Below, one piece after another: positions 51,326 to 64,000 of a DNA stretch of 64,000 nucleotides; the first letter of the stretch is position 1; the number at the start of each line of letters is the position of its first letter. Below the pieces are notes generated by a model. It did no database searches, was not told where the DNA came from, and saw only the letters and a list, made by a program, of their open reading frames with translations. The DNA lies in assembly GCF_000497125.1 (NCBI RefSeq), contig NC_090596.1, positions 868,001-932,000 on the forward strand, given 5' to 3'. A program made the translations under genes and the position numbers. Source of the DNA: Spironucleus salmonicida (Eukaryota).

Positions 51326-51664
51326 ATGATGCTTTTGCTTTAATCTGTGACACTTACAGCGGATGTGAGTTATGTAAAATAAGCCGCAAAAGGATCTGTC
51401 TTTACAATATTCACCATACCAAATTGCGCGTTTTCCGCTATCGCTAGACCAAAATTTGAGGCTGTTGAGGATAAATTTTCAGATTTACAGCTTTTCGAAT
51501 TTGATTGCTCATAGGATTTTGAATACTGTAAGAAAATAGGGGTTTTGGGGTACCCTACATTCAAGCTATACAATGATCGTAAGATGATTGGTGATTTTCA
51601 TCCAACCTGGCCACGTGAACTAGAAGTTTTCGTGGAGTGGCTGAAGATGAATAATATTAAATGA
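51326..51664 (+). CDS. single-domain thioredoxin/PDI-like protein with CXXS motif (112 aa)
   Basis: Signal-like start, FTIPNCAFS...PKF, FDC....C...GVLGYPTFKLY. Confidence 0.82.
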
Positions 51665-51762
51665 TTATATTAATTTACAGTAATAACGTAAAAAGAAGTA
51701 TATATACTATATTATTATACATTAATATATATTATTTATTTTTCCGCATTCATCATACTAAA

Positions 51763-52878
51763 ATGACAACTGTATTACGCAAATCGTCTACACCAACTGC
51801 TGTCGAAAGGTTTAAAACTTCATTTACAGAATATCAAAAAAATACAACCCAACAAAATGAACAAGAACCATAGTAAGAATTTGTTCAAGAAGCCCAAAAA
51901 ACAGTTGAAATGCCAATTATATCAATAGTCAAACGCCCATAGCCACGTGTTACAACTTCTGATCCCCCAACTTTATTCGGCTATAAACGTTAAGACTAGT
52001 TAAGTAATACCAAATCAGATAAGTTTGCTAATTAGACTAATCTTTCTGCTTCAAGAAAAGCTAAAATTTTAAAAGAATCAACAGAAATTAGTAATGAACA
52101 ATACGTTAAATAACCTTGCTACAACTAATAATTCAACCCAACAAAGTAATTTATTTATACTCCAACCTCCAACCTTACGAACTCAAACACAGTATCGTAT
52201 TAAAAGGCACATATCGGTTAAACTTCATATTTACCAATTGCTGGCAACTCTGCAGAAACATTTTGGAGAACAAACTGGAATAAATCGTAACAGTAAAATG
52301 ATGACTCAGGCATGAAGGCTTTCGTCGGATACGAAAATTTAGGAAATACTTTCATCATTAACGAATAATTCACAATCGATACTACATCAGGTAAGGTGTT
52401 AGACAGCGAAGTTAACGCCCCTCATGGTATTTAAGGTAAAGTTCATGCTGTTTCCACGGACATGCAATCTGTTACTAGAAAAGAATTTGCGGCACTCAAT
52501 AATATGGCATATGAGATAGCTCATAGTGATAAAACCAACTCGCATTAAAGATGGCTCAAGGATAAAATGAAGCCTAGCCCTGTTCCAATTGGAGTGAAGG
52601 AGTAAATGTAGAGTTCAAATCAATAGATTGCAAAGCAGTTTTATAGGAGTGTCGTAGTGGGTGAAAACACGGAAAAGGAAATAACTCTACAAAAGGCCAT
52701 CGAAGCTGCAGTTAAAATGTACGGCGATAGCAAAGAAGTGCATGATTGGGTTTGCGGTCTTAGCGCTACCAGAGTTATGTAAATTGCAGAAATAGGAGAA
52801 GATGCAATGTAAAAAGGCGTGATGCCAGGGCAGGATATGACTGGCAAGATTCCTGACTGGTTCTATATGAAGATGTGA
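51763..52878 (+). CDS. hypothetical protein (371 aa)
   Basis: Continuous frame with TAR=Gln. Confidence 0.7.
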
Positions 52879-52956
52879 AAGTTTGTCAGTTATTTCGAGG
52901 AGCATAAAACACATATTTAATATATAATAATGATAATATAGATTTGACATTCCTTA

Positions 52957-53172
52957 ATGCCAAAAGATCAAGCTGATTTTAATTTTGTACAAAGACGAAT
53001 TGATTCACTGGTTGAGTGGATTAACGAAGACTAGTTGGTAGCCTTATTAAGTATATTTTTCACTGTGTTTGCATTATTTTTCGTACCTGCATACTTCGTC
53101 ATCTAGAACATTAAGAGAAAAGAGCGCCTCCAGGCCCAGAGCGGGGAGCAGTCCGACAAGAAGAAAGAGTGA
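52957..53172 (+). CDS. small single-TM protein with KKxx tail (71 aa)
   Basis: TM LVALLSIFFTVFALFFVPAYFVI; ends SDKKKE, GAG TGA. Confidence 0.65.
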
Positions 53173-53177
53173 TATTA

Positions 53178-53753
53178 TCATTGAACCACGCGGTCCCGGT
53201 CCAGGCCGAGGTCCTCGTACAAGTCCCCGCAGTACACCTGGGCTACTAGGCGCTGTATCTATGCCCGCTGCTAATCTTACACTTCTGACATAGTATTTAT
53301 AGCGTCATACTTATTTTGAAGTTCATCAAGTAATTTACGACAATATTTTTTGAGTTACGAATTTTCTCTTTTTACTGTCTCCATTTCAATTTCATATTCA
53401 AGCTATAACCCAACTTCGATAGGAGTCTCAGGTTCCGTTTATACTTATGTATTATAAATATTAGGTGCAGTCTATAACATCGCTGTAAGCGTAAGGACAG
53501 CATCGGTTTAAGTAGACTGAATCTTTACTCTCTCATTCACATGATTTATTGCTTCGTCCATTACGACAAAGCTTACCATTGGTGAAGAACATGGTGGAGA
53601 GCAAATATTCTATATACAAGGACTAGAAGGAAGTCTCTAAATAGAGCGAGGACGCATTGATACTTATTTTTATTTCTTTGGCTAAGATTTAGGTCGCTAG
53701 TGTAAATAGTCAGGATAAGCTTGGCGAGGATCAGGGAAACATGAATGGGGCAT
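53178..53753 (-). CDS. hypothetical protein (191 aa)
   Basis: Open frame, convergent with the previous gene, 5 bp apart. Confidence 0.6.
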
Positions 53754-55269
53754 TAAGTGAAAATATTTAATTTATAGAAATATAATATTAATATACTTAA
53801 TTTCTGATATTTAACTAATATTATATAGGTATAAAACTATGTCACTTTACAAAATAAAAACTTCTAATAATCTGTTAGACTAGGTGCTCTTAATATTATT
53901 CATTATGCAAATATACCCCTCTTAATTTTTCTTAGTAATCTTCTTCTGCGTTAGTACATTATCATTGCTTATTCTTCTTTATGGCATCTTTCCCGAATTA
54001 AATTCTAGTATTTGTAAGATAGTTGTTTAACCTCTCTAAATGGAAATATTTCATTTTTAATAGTATTCCAGTTAGTACCAAACTACTCAACAGATAATAA
54101 TAAATAAAACATGTCTTCTACTGACCATGAGATATCGTGCATATTTTAAACCAATCTTTCTATTGCTAGTCTTTAATTTTATTAGTAAAATAATTTTGTA
54201 GGTTTTGGTTATTAAAGTTTTCATACTAATATAATTAACAATTATAATTATTAGTTACTAAGACTTTAGAAAGGCGTAATATTATATGTATTGTTATAAT
54301 TTCGTCAATTATAAGTAAAATAACATTATAATAATATAACCCTATAAAAAATTTTAGTATAATTATAGATAATAGTTCTTGTAAAATAGATTGATCTATA
54401 AAAACCAATTATATTATACTAAAATATATATACTTAGCAAACAAACTTTAGAAAAACTATTTTAAATTAACAATTACTTTTCTAGAAAATAACATATATT
54501 TAAATATACGCTAAGATTATAGGAAAATGAAAATATTTAATTATTTTAATTTATCAATAAACTACTATATATTTGTATCGCTAAAATTTAAACCTGAATA
54601 TAAACAATTAATTATCGAATTTGAAGATTTAATCTCAAAATTTATTTCTAATACAGAATTATACTGAAATTAAACGTGACTAATTGTATTATAGATAAAA
54701 TCAATATTAAATCGACTAAATATACTAGTAAATATGGTTACTAAAATTTCTCTGTGTACAAAGTAAAATATAAGGAAACTCATATATTTATTCTATCAAA
54801 TGAATATAAATGAAATAAAAGGACACTTACTACGCCTAAATTTCGACATAATAATATTTGCAAATAATTCCGTTATATTTATTAATTCTAAACTATATTA
54901 ATATTCTTGTATATAATAATATTAAATCATTTAATTTAATGGAATTAGTTTTTCAACAACATAATTTATACGCTACTTAGCAATGACATAATTTTAAAAC
55001 AATGAATGCAGTAAACTACAGACTATACTGACCTCAAATTATAAAATAATATAATATAACGCTCAAAGAAATAAGGTAATCTTGTAGAAATAACTAATTT
55101 TACATTTTCTTAATTTATTTGTAATATTATATTTAATAAAATTATATCGAAATAGTAAAAAATAATTATTACCATATATAAACAAAATAATTTATTGTTT
55201 AAATGAAGTTAACTACAGTAGATCAAAAATAAATAATAAATATAGTGCTAATATCATGTTTACATTGAA

Positions 55270-55659
55270 ATGTGGGCATCAGTATCGTGCCGTTAAACTA
55301 CTCTAAGCAAAACCAATTCTAGTACTAGGGTACCTTTTTTAGTTCCAAATACAGTATCACCGTCAAGATATTCCCCAGGGTAATCATCTACCCATTTAAG
55401 GCCAACAATACTAGTTTCTGACAGAGAGTCTAAAAAATTATATTAATATACACCAGGCCCTGGATAATACTATCCTAGAGCAAAATCTGCATCATCAAGG
55501 AAGGCTAATTTGATATTTCCTTAGGAAAAAAGAACTTCATATTTTGATTAGTTCAAATCGTAATATGAGCTGCCTGCTGCAAACTTAAATGAATGTTTCA
55601 GGCATAATCAGAGTAACCGATATTCAACTAAGTTGTATAGATCCGATAGATTAAAGTGA
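55270..55659 (+). CDS. small protein with one STPG-like motif (129 aa)
   Basis: YTPGPGQYYP; ends AAG TGA. Confidence 0.6.
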
Positions 55660-55787
55660 TTTTATTATCTTATCAACTTATTAACATCATTATATTTTAT
55701 TTCTAAAATTAAAACCGCCAAATCACAAAATATATTTACCTGTATTTTAAGATATATAATTCATATATCATAGACCTCTATTTAAAA

Positions 55788-56426
55788 ATGTCCAGAGCAC
55801 GTTCAGATTCATAAATCAAGGATATCAGCAATATCGACGCTGAGCTTACCGCTAATAACGCTAACAAGCTTATCAAGCCCCTTTTTGTGGCTGTAGACTT
55901 GAACGACCAGGAAATGTTCCTGAAGTCCTTAGAAGAGCTCCCCACTGATGAAATCACCAACCTTGCATTCTCTCCCCTCAACTTTGCCGTATAGCAGCTT
56001 AATTTTGAGTTTACAACCTTCCTCCTCGATCTCCGCAAGAACCCTAAGACGACAAACCAGAAATCTGTTTTCTCACGCGGCTCGAAGACGATGTCCTCTC
56101 TTGTCCTCGCCGTCGAAATTGGCAACAAGGAGATGGTGGACCTTTTAACGAAATACCGCTTTGGCTGTGCTGACTCCGAGGGTAAATCGGCTCTCATGCA
56201 CGCTGCGATTCAGGGTAATTTGGAGCTTTGCCAGGCACTCAAATCTTGCTTTGGTAAGCAGGACAACTTCGGATACACAGCACTCCACTTCGCATGTGCA
56301 TACAAGTTCACCGAAATCGTCAAGTTTCTGGTCAGTGAGAAGGACATCGTCAACTCCGAAGGCCAGAAGCCCATCGACATCTGTAAACAAATGAGCTATC
56401 AAGAAGGTATCGATATTTTATAATGA
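55788..56426 (+). CDS. ankyrin repeat protein (212 aa)
   Basis: GKSALMHAA, GYTALHFAC, GQKPID; ends TAA TGA. Confidence 0.9.
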
Positions 56427-56475
56427 CTTATTATGGTATAATAATATATATATTTTTCACTCCAAATTACATAAA

Positions 56476-57405
56476 ATGCTAGAAGCGCTCCTGAGGACCA
56501 TCTCACGGGCGCTTTTTCTACTGAACATTGACGCAACATTACTCGTCGTATAACACCCAAGTTAGCAGCTTTGGAAGGAGCTTTTAGTTGCAATTTAACA
56601 AAATCGGCAAATTTCGCTAGATATACTTAGAGATGCGGTTAAAACCGAACTCAACAGCTCTAACCAACCCAATGCAACTATTAATAATGCAATATCTACG
56701 CTACCCCCATAGTTAGCCAATATGTTCTTTTCTGCATAGAAATGCAACTACTGCAGCGAAATTTTAAAAAAATTTACCTTCATAAACTACAACATCAACC
56801 AATGCCCAATTTGCAACAAGGAGCTGGAAATCCTTACTATTCCCACGCTACTATGTGTGGTCCAGCCACCTTAGGATATTTTAAAATTCCATATTACGAA
56901 ATTTCATAACAATGACTACTTTATGAACAACCTGATTCTTAATAACCAAAACGTTGTTATTAACGAGTAGGCAATAAACGAGAATGAAATCTGCAAATAC
57001 GGGCCTTACTTTAAGGAAAAATAAACTGGAAAGTTCGCCATTTAGAAGCTAATTTTCAAGGCTGAGAATTTGCTATTCTCGGTTCACATACGGGGCTGCG
57101 AAATAGAGAGCAGCCTGCGCGGCAAACTCGCCTCGTCAAGCCTGCTAATTGACACCAACCAGGTCTCAAAAAGTGTAAATTGCTTAAACAGCTCATAAGA
57201 CATACCCATTATTCCCCCAATCGCGTAAAGCTTCGTGCGCGAACAGCGTGTTGGCGTCGAACGCAACATGCGGCTTTTTGGAACGGATGTGCCAGTTTTC
57301 GTTGTGGTTTTCTTCGGAATTCTGAGCGGATTTGCGCTGTTTTCGTTCTTTGGGCTTATCGCGGTTTTCGTGGAGGTCGACAAGGCGAAGAAGCGGATTG
57401 TGTGA
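56476..57405 (+). CDS. tail-anchored membrane protein with two CxxC motifs (309 aa)
   Basis: CNYC...CPIC; C-terminal hydrophobic segment followed by KAKKR. Confidence 0.65.
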
Positions 57406-57518
57406 GAGATGGGAAAGTGATGAAATTTTCAGTTATAACAAGTTAATAGCATCAGCTCACAGCGGTGGCGCATTTCCAGAGTTGTTCAAATGCGCGCCAG
57501 AACGCCCAAATTGCAGAC

Positions 57519-60500
57519 TCACCAGTACATCAGCCTGAAGAAGAGGCTGTCCGGGCCCTTGCGCCGCAGCGCCAGCTTCCGCAGCTCGTCGTAGACAAGC
57601 ATGAACACCGCGAATGGTGCGCAGACCGCCCACGAGAACCAGCCGATAGGCCGTGAGCCCAGCGCGGTATTGCAGAATGGCACGTAGATCACCACGGACG
57701 CTACCACGAGCTGCGCGAGCAGCCCTGCGAGCAGGACGGGGTTCGAGAAAACGCCCTGCTGGAAGATCGAGTTCAGGCGCGTGCGCGAGATCAGCGCGTG
57801 CGCGAACTGGTTCACCACGACTGACAGGAACGCTGCGGATTGCGCAGCGAGGTAGATATGCGCAGCGAGCTCCTGCACCGTGGTGACGCCGGTCGGGAAC
57901 GGGGTTGCTTGGGTGCAGCTCTTCTGTGCAAGTTCGAGCGCTTGCGGCAGCGCAACGCGCTGGAAATCCTCGTGCTGGAAGCTCACGAATGCCGATCCGC
58001 GAACGTCGGCGCAGGGGAAGTACCGCTGCGCTTCGGCGCGCACCGTGAGCATGAAGACGGTGATGACGGCCAGCGCCATGAAGCAGCCTATCTGCCCGTA
58101 CGCAAAGGCTGCGAGCCTCCCGGTGAGCATTTTCTCGCTTTTTCGTGGGCGTCGTGTCATGAGGTCTGACTCTGGGAGCTCGTACGCGAGCGCGAATGCC
58201 GGCCAGATGTCCGTGACGAAGTCCAGCAGTAAAATCTGTATCGCCGACATTGCGTTCGGGAAGCCCATGATGATGAATAGCACGAACGGGAAGACCTGTG
58301 GGACGCAGGACACGACCGTGTACTGCATCGCCTTCTTGATGTTTTCGTAGATCAGACGGCCCTCCTGGATTCCGTCCACGATTGTGGCGAAAGAATTGTC
58401 CATGAGCACTATATCAGCGGCCTCGCGTGCAACTTCGGAGCCGGCGACCATAGCGACACCGATATCGGCAGCCTTCAGCGCTGGGGCATCGTTCATGCCA
58501 TCCCCGGATACAGCAGTGACCTTTCCGAGTGTCTAGTAGGCCTTAGTTATCGACAGTTTCTGCTCAGGTGTGGTGCGTGCAAAAACTACCTCTTTGTAGG
58601 CGTTCAGAAAGTATTTGAGCTACGTTGGTGTTAGGACTTCCAGGACGTTTCCGGTCATAACTGCACCTAGGGAATGATTCTGTGGTATAAATGACTTTAG
58701 CAGGGGTGGCATAGCCTGCATTTCGCTGATTGAGTGATCCTCAATGGATTACTTTTTGAATTGCTTTTTCACAAGCGCTCTGGCTTCTAGCCTGCTGGTG
58801 TTCATGCGCTGTAAGTCTAGGCTAGATCTTTCTATACTCTATCTTTCCACTGATAAGCTGAACCGAATCGACTCTTCGTCGCTGTTTATTCTAGAAATCT
58901 CATCGATAGTTTATTTCTCAGTATAATAGTCAATTTCCTCGCTTAGTATACCAATTGTTTTGGCAATACTCGCAGCAGTAAGATGGTGGTCCCCTGTGAT
59001 CATGGTTACCTATATGCTAGCTATTCTACACTGCTAAATTGCCTACGCAACACCATCCTTCGGTGGATCAATAAGTGATATAAGCCCAAGCAAGATGAAT
59101 TGAATTCCACCTATATCCTTAATTTCTACGTCGTAGTTCTGTCTGAGTTTTTCAATCTTGTAGGCGCAGCCAATGACCCGCTCGCCAAACCCAGCAATGG
59201 TGCTGTAAGCTCCGTAAATTTTGGTCTTATGTTCGCTGGTGAGGCGCACTATCTGCTAGCCAATGAGCACATACTCGCACATTTCGACGATCCGTTCAGG
59301 GGCCCCCTTTATGGTCATCAGGGCCTCACTATCCGGAGTTTAGTGAACGGAGTACTAGAACTTGTGCACGCTGCTGAAGGGTATCTCAAAGATTTTGGGA
59401 AAGCTCTCTCGGAACTTGAGGATAGGGAACCGCGCGTCCGCGAACTGTGTGTACCTCTGGCTGATGAGCGAGTTGCAAAAGCGCGTGATCCCGGCCTCTG
59501 ACGCGTCACCCATGAGGCGCCCAGTGAGGAAGTTGCGGTTCTGGTCGGTCTGGTCCACCTCACAGCGCGAGTTCAGCGCGAGCACCCTCACGAGCTCCTC
59601 GCCAACGCCACTGCCCACGACGAACTAACCCTCTGAAAAATCGATCTCATGCTTCGCTATTGCGTCGAACGCGAAGCTATGTGAGATAGTCATCTGGTTC
59701 AGAGTGAGTGTGCCTGTCTTGTCGCTGCAGACAACGCTGACGCTCCCCAGAGTTTCGACACTTTTGAGCTCCTTCGCCAGGACGTTCTTTTTGGCCAGCT
59801 TCTTGGCGGACAGTGCCAGCGCCACCGTGATCGTAATGGATAACCCCTCCGGGACGCATGCGATGATAATGCCAACGCAGAATATGAAAGCGTCTAGGGG
59901 CGCCATTTTCACAAGAATCGCGATTACCATGAACAGAATTCCCAGGCAGACGGCAAACACCGAAATAACCTTCACGAAAAACCCGATTTCGCGCTGAATT
60001 GGAGTAGGAACGCTTCGTTAGGAGGTTACTGACAACGCCTGGGAGCCGATAACGGTATTATCTCCGGTGAATATGACCACTCCCAGCCCGTCGCCTTGTA
60101 GGACATTTGATGTGAAATATACAATATTTTAGGATCTTAAAATGTTTCTTTCCTCATTTTCAATGGACCTGGATGCTGGCTCAGTTTCGCCATTAAAAGA
60201 AGACATGTCTATTTTAAGCTGATTGAGCTAAATGATTCGGATGTCAGCTGGGCATTTCATACCTTATTATACCTTAACGAGATCCCCTACTACTAGTTAT
60301 TCTGTCTAAACTTTTTTAATAATAGAGTCTTCAAAAACTAAGCATTCCTAGGGAATCATAGATTTGAAGGATTTCATTATATTTGAAGATTTAAATTCTT
60401 AAAAGAAGTTAAGAAACCCTGAAAATATATTGACAATAGCTAGAACTATTGCCAACCAGAGATTATTTTATTCTTTAGTAACAAAATACATTATAAATGT

Positions 60501-60827
60501 GACCAAAGAGGCTGCCCAAAGCAGTATAGCAAAAAAATCTGCTTATGTTTTTATTATTTTAATAAATATATTTTACCCTTTTCCTTCAGATAATTTATTA
60601 GGTCCATTTTTAATTAATCTTTATTGTCTCTCTAATGCTGTTAATCCAGTTTATAAGTTTGTGTCTAAGGCCATCTGTAACTATGGCAACGGAATAAGAT
60701 GCAAGTCAGTTGACACAAATTCCATAGCGAATGCATCTACATCTTCTGTATTAAGTTCAGTTCTCTTTTAAACAGTATCTATTTATTGTTCTACTGACTA
60801 GAAGTTAGTAGCGAGTTGAATGGTCAT
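57519..60827 (-). CDS. P-type ATPase, type IIC (Na+/K+ or H+/K+ alpha)-like (1102 aa)
   Basis: VPEGL, CSDKTGTLT, KGAPE, MITGDH, GDGMND, LAYELPESDLM.RRPR, YDELRK. Confidence 0.96.
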
Positions 60828-61490
60828 TTACAAATTATATCTGAAAAACTTAATTATTATTATATGCTTATAATTAGGATTTTAAACACAGTATATTTTT
60901 TAATTTTGAGTATTTCATAATCTAATTCATAGTGAAGGAATTTCTTCAACAACAAACTTTGCTTAATATATTTTAAGTATATATTAATACAATTTATTAA
61001 ATAAATTTGGTTTGTTTCAGTTTACAGTAAATTATATCTATAAATATCATATAATCAGATTCAGTAAGTTAATATTGAAAAATGTAATAAAACACACAAT
61101 CCTTAATGGTAGTGCCAAATAATACAATTCAAAAGATAAAATACAAACACTTAGCTTATAAGTTAGATGATAGTATTATTTAATATATATTTCTAAATCT
61201 AATGATGAGTAAGGATACTAAGTGATAATAGTATTTGATTACATTATTTAGTAGACTTAATGAAACGTAAAACTGAAAAGATTGATTGAATATTTGATGT
61301 ATTTTACTATTGCTCATCAAAATATCAATTATACACGATATTGAGTACTTATATTTTTTTACTTTAGTAATGTGATGAAGATACTTAGATAGAAAAAATG
61401 TTTACCTTGATTTCAATTAGAGTTACAACAATGCTAAAGTTTAATTTTTAATAATAAAATATTTATAAATAATAAGCCAAAATAATGAAA

Positions 61491-64000
61491 TCACCAGTTA
61501 TCAGCGGGTGCCCATTGTTCTTCCTCTTCTTAGAACTCTTGATACTCTTCCTTTTCTGGAGCAAGAATCTTTTCAACTTCTTCCTCCTTATTCTTCTTTT
61601 GAAGATCTGTGATAATTGATGTCATCATAGCCATCTTGCTGATCATATAAGGCATGGCATAATCGGACATTCCACATCTCCAACCAAGTTCCATTACCAC
61701 ATCAACCGGAGCTAAAGTATCACACCTAGATACTGCAGTAGCAAAGATTTCTTCTCTTTAACTTTTATCCTTAAAGTCAGAAGCACATATTAAGCGAAGT
61801 AAAATTTCTACTCTCTTTGGATCTTCCGAAGCGTGGGCAACAGTTGCAGCCTCATCATAAAAACTGTTTTATACAGCGAATCTGATACCTTCATCATAAC
61901 GTTTAAGAGTCGAATAAAGAGTAGCAGCTACACGCTTAAGTTATGAAATAGGCGAGTTAGTAAGATCATCCAAAGTTCTCAGTGCATCAAAAGCGGTGCA
62001 ACGAGCAAGAAGAGGCTAAAGCTTCTTAGCATTTCTTGTATCAATATAGTATTGAACTAAAGAGTTATTAGTTTCATTAATGTTATCTTCAACACATAGT
62101 TCAAGATATTCGGTAATAAGGAATATAATTTCGTTTTCACGGGCTAGACGGAGAACATGGAGAGGATCTACAGACAAATTATCACGCTGCTTAGCATCAA
62201 TAAGATCTTCGTTATGGTAATAGCCTTACTTAGAGATTTTAAGGAATTCAGCTAAATGTTGAGGATAATATCTCATATAGAATCCGGTAGATTACGTTAA
62301 TAGATCGATTTAAGTGCATTGACCACATATTTATAAGAACTATTTATGTTCAAAGTATGAAGGGTGGTTAAGAGATTCCTCAATAGCCTTGTCAACTTCT
62401 TTAGATAATATATAAAGATAAACCACCTCTTTCCAAAGGTGCTCTTACTTGGCTGTTGATATAACTAATGGGATAGAAATACGTTCGAAGTGAGCACGTA
62501 AGAAACGCATAAGTCTTTAAGAACCAGCAGAATCTACATACCAAAGATATTTGGCTATAAGCACACCGCATGCAGTGAATAAATTCTACTCTTTATTAGT
62601 AAACGCTTTAGCTTGAGGATGCTCAATACCAGCCTCTAAGAGATCAATAAGTTCTTTGATGAAGCCGTTATTCTCATAGAATCTAATGCAACGAGGCAAT
62701 TCATCTGGGATTGTAATGAGATACATACCTGCAGTTTTCGCATACTGAACCTAGTTTGCTAAAATACAAGCAGCATTTACAGTTCTCCAACAATCGATAT
62801 TGTCAGCACGACGAGCAGAATCAACAGCATTGCTCCAATCTTCTAATTTAAGGAAAGTACACGCTAATCTGTTCCAAACTTACATTTTAGAGAACAGTAA
62901 TTTTGCAGCATAATAGCGCTTTTCTGAGAATGCACGCTCACCAATTCTAATGATGTCACCCTTATTGGGAACAACACCTTGGCCAACTGAATCTGTCATC
63001 GAAAGGAATTATTCTAATTCGTCAAATTTATCATGTCTTACGTAGCAGTACATTAAAGCCGTATCAACTTCTACTTAATCTGCAAAGGCACCATTTAAGA
63101 ACATCACAGTACGTGTTGTTCTAAGATATTCAATACTGTTATTAAAGTTAGAAACATTTTCAGTTTCGTAATTTTTAGCAAAATCTTTGTTGAACTTGAA
63201 TACAGTCTATATAACTTATTTATAACAAAGCATATCTTTAGAACGAGTTAAAGATTTGCAACCACGGGTGATTAAGCTACACGCTTCAATAGGAGAGTTT
63301 TAACCCATACATTCAACAGCTATCTTGAGCTGAGCCGCACCAAGTACAGCAAAAACAGCAGATTAGTTAACTTATTCAGAAAATTCTTCGGCACGTTTTA
63401 ATCCCATGTAGTGAATCAGAATATCAACAGCTTCAGGTAAACGATCGTATCTACGGAAAACCTCAAACGCATATTCATAAAATTCAGGCATGTTATTCTC
63501 AGTGGCAACTTAAACACATACTTTAGCGATGACATCAGGATCATAGACAAGTTCGGTCATCTTAACATATTTTTAAACTGAAGAAAGCTCTCTGGCCTTA
63601 ACAGCAGCGATGATTAATAAATTATGCAGAGCAGTATTTTTACCGTGGACGGACCCAGGAGTAAGAATAACACGTTCTAACAACACCATTATGCATTTAG
63701 AAACCTTAGGATCCTTGTCTTAAATTCTAACTAAAGGACCAATAGCAGCAGCAATGACATTATCATCAAGCTTTTCTACAGCAACAGAAGTATTTTACTA
63801 AACAGCCTAAATTAAGTATTCTCTATGCTGCTCTAAAGACCTCTGGTTATTGAGATAGAAAAATTCGGAGTAAATAGGAGTGAATTTATCCATAACTGAA
63901 AGCTCCCAAAGTTTGAGAGAACCTCTTTTAAGAAGTAAAACAGCCATTTCTCTGTATAAAGAACATCCGAGACCGGTTTCCACAATTAATGAAAGTGCCT
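61491..64000 (-). CDS. CHC: clathrin heavy chain, C-terminal part (5' end outside window)
   Basis: YEYAFEVF, RAEEFSE.VN..AV, WNRLA, AVDSARRA, DEL...IRFYE..GF.KELI.LLE.G, HLWKE, DYAMPYMI. Confidence 0.92.

Noticed and set aside
53850-55250. Long very AT-rich stretch (also ~7200-8100, ~35900-36680) as hidden genes or ncRNA
   Set aside because: No frame, motif or structure I could support by eye

Overview
Gene-dense eukaryotic DNA from a hexamitid diplomonad, most likely Spironucleus-like; I saw no introns. It uses the variant code TAA/TAG=Gln with TGA as the only stop, so the supplied standard-code ORF track fragments most real genes; I re-translated by hand. About 50 short, tightly packed genes are visible. 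They include DJ-1, Myb and GARP factors, four to five SHIPPO/STPG-repeat genes, a CXC-rich membrane protein, a membrane-anchored cathepsin, SPATA17, a GH20-fold protein, two EF-hand flagellar proteins, an alpha/beta hydrolase, a cyclin-like protein, a CHY finger, RPA12, a Rab, a CCCH protein, Dph2-like, a CXXS thioredoxin, an ankyrin protein, a P-type IIC-like ATPase and clathrin heavy chain. Many genes end in AG|TGA and start just after a C-rich motif. The unusual structure is: two large near-perfect inverted duplications around unique gene-bearing spacers (12500-20389; ~40941-47470), two modular 33-bp tandem arrays, an 865-codon frame with a single internal TGA, and several proteins whose catalytic or ion-binding residues are replaced. 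All product calls come from motif recognition, not database searches.
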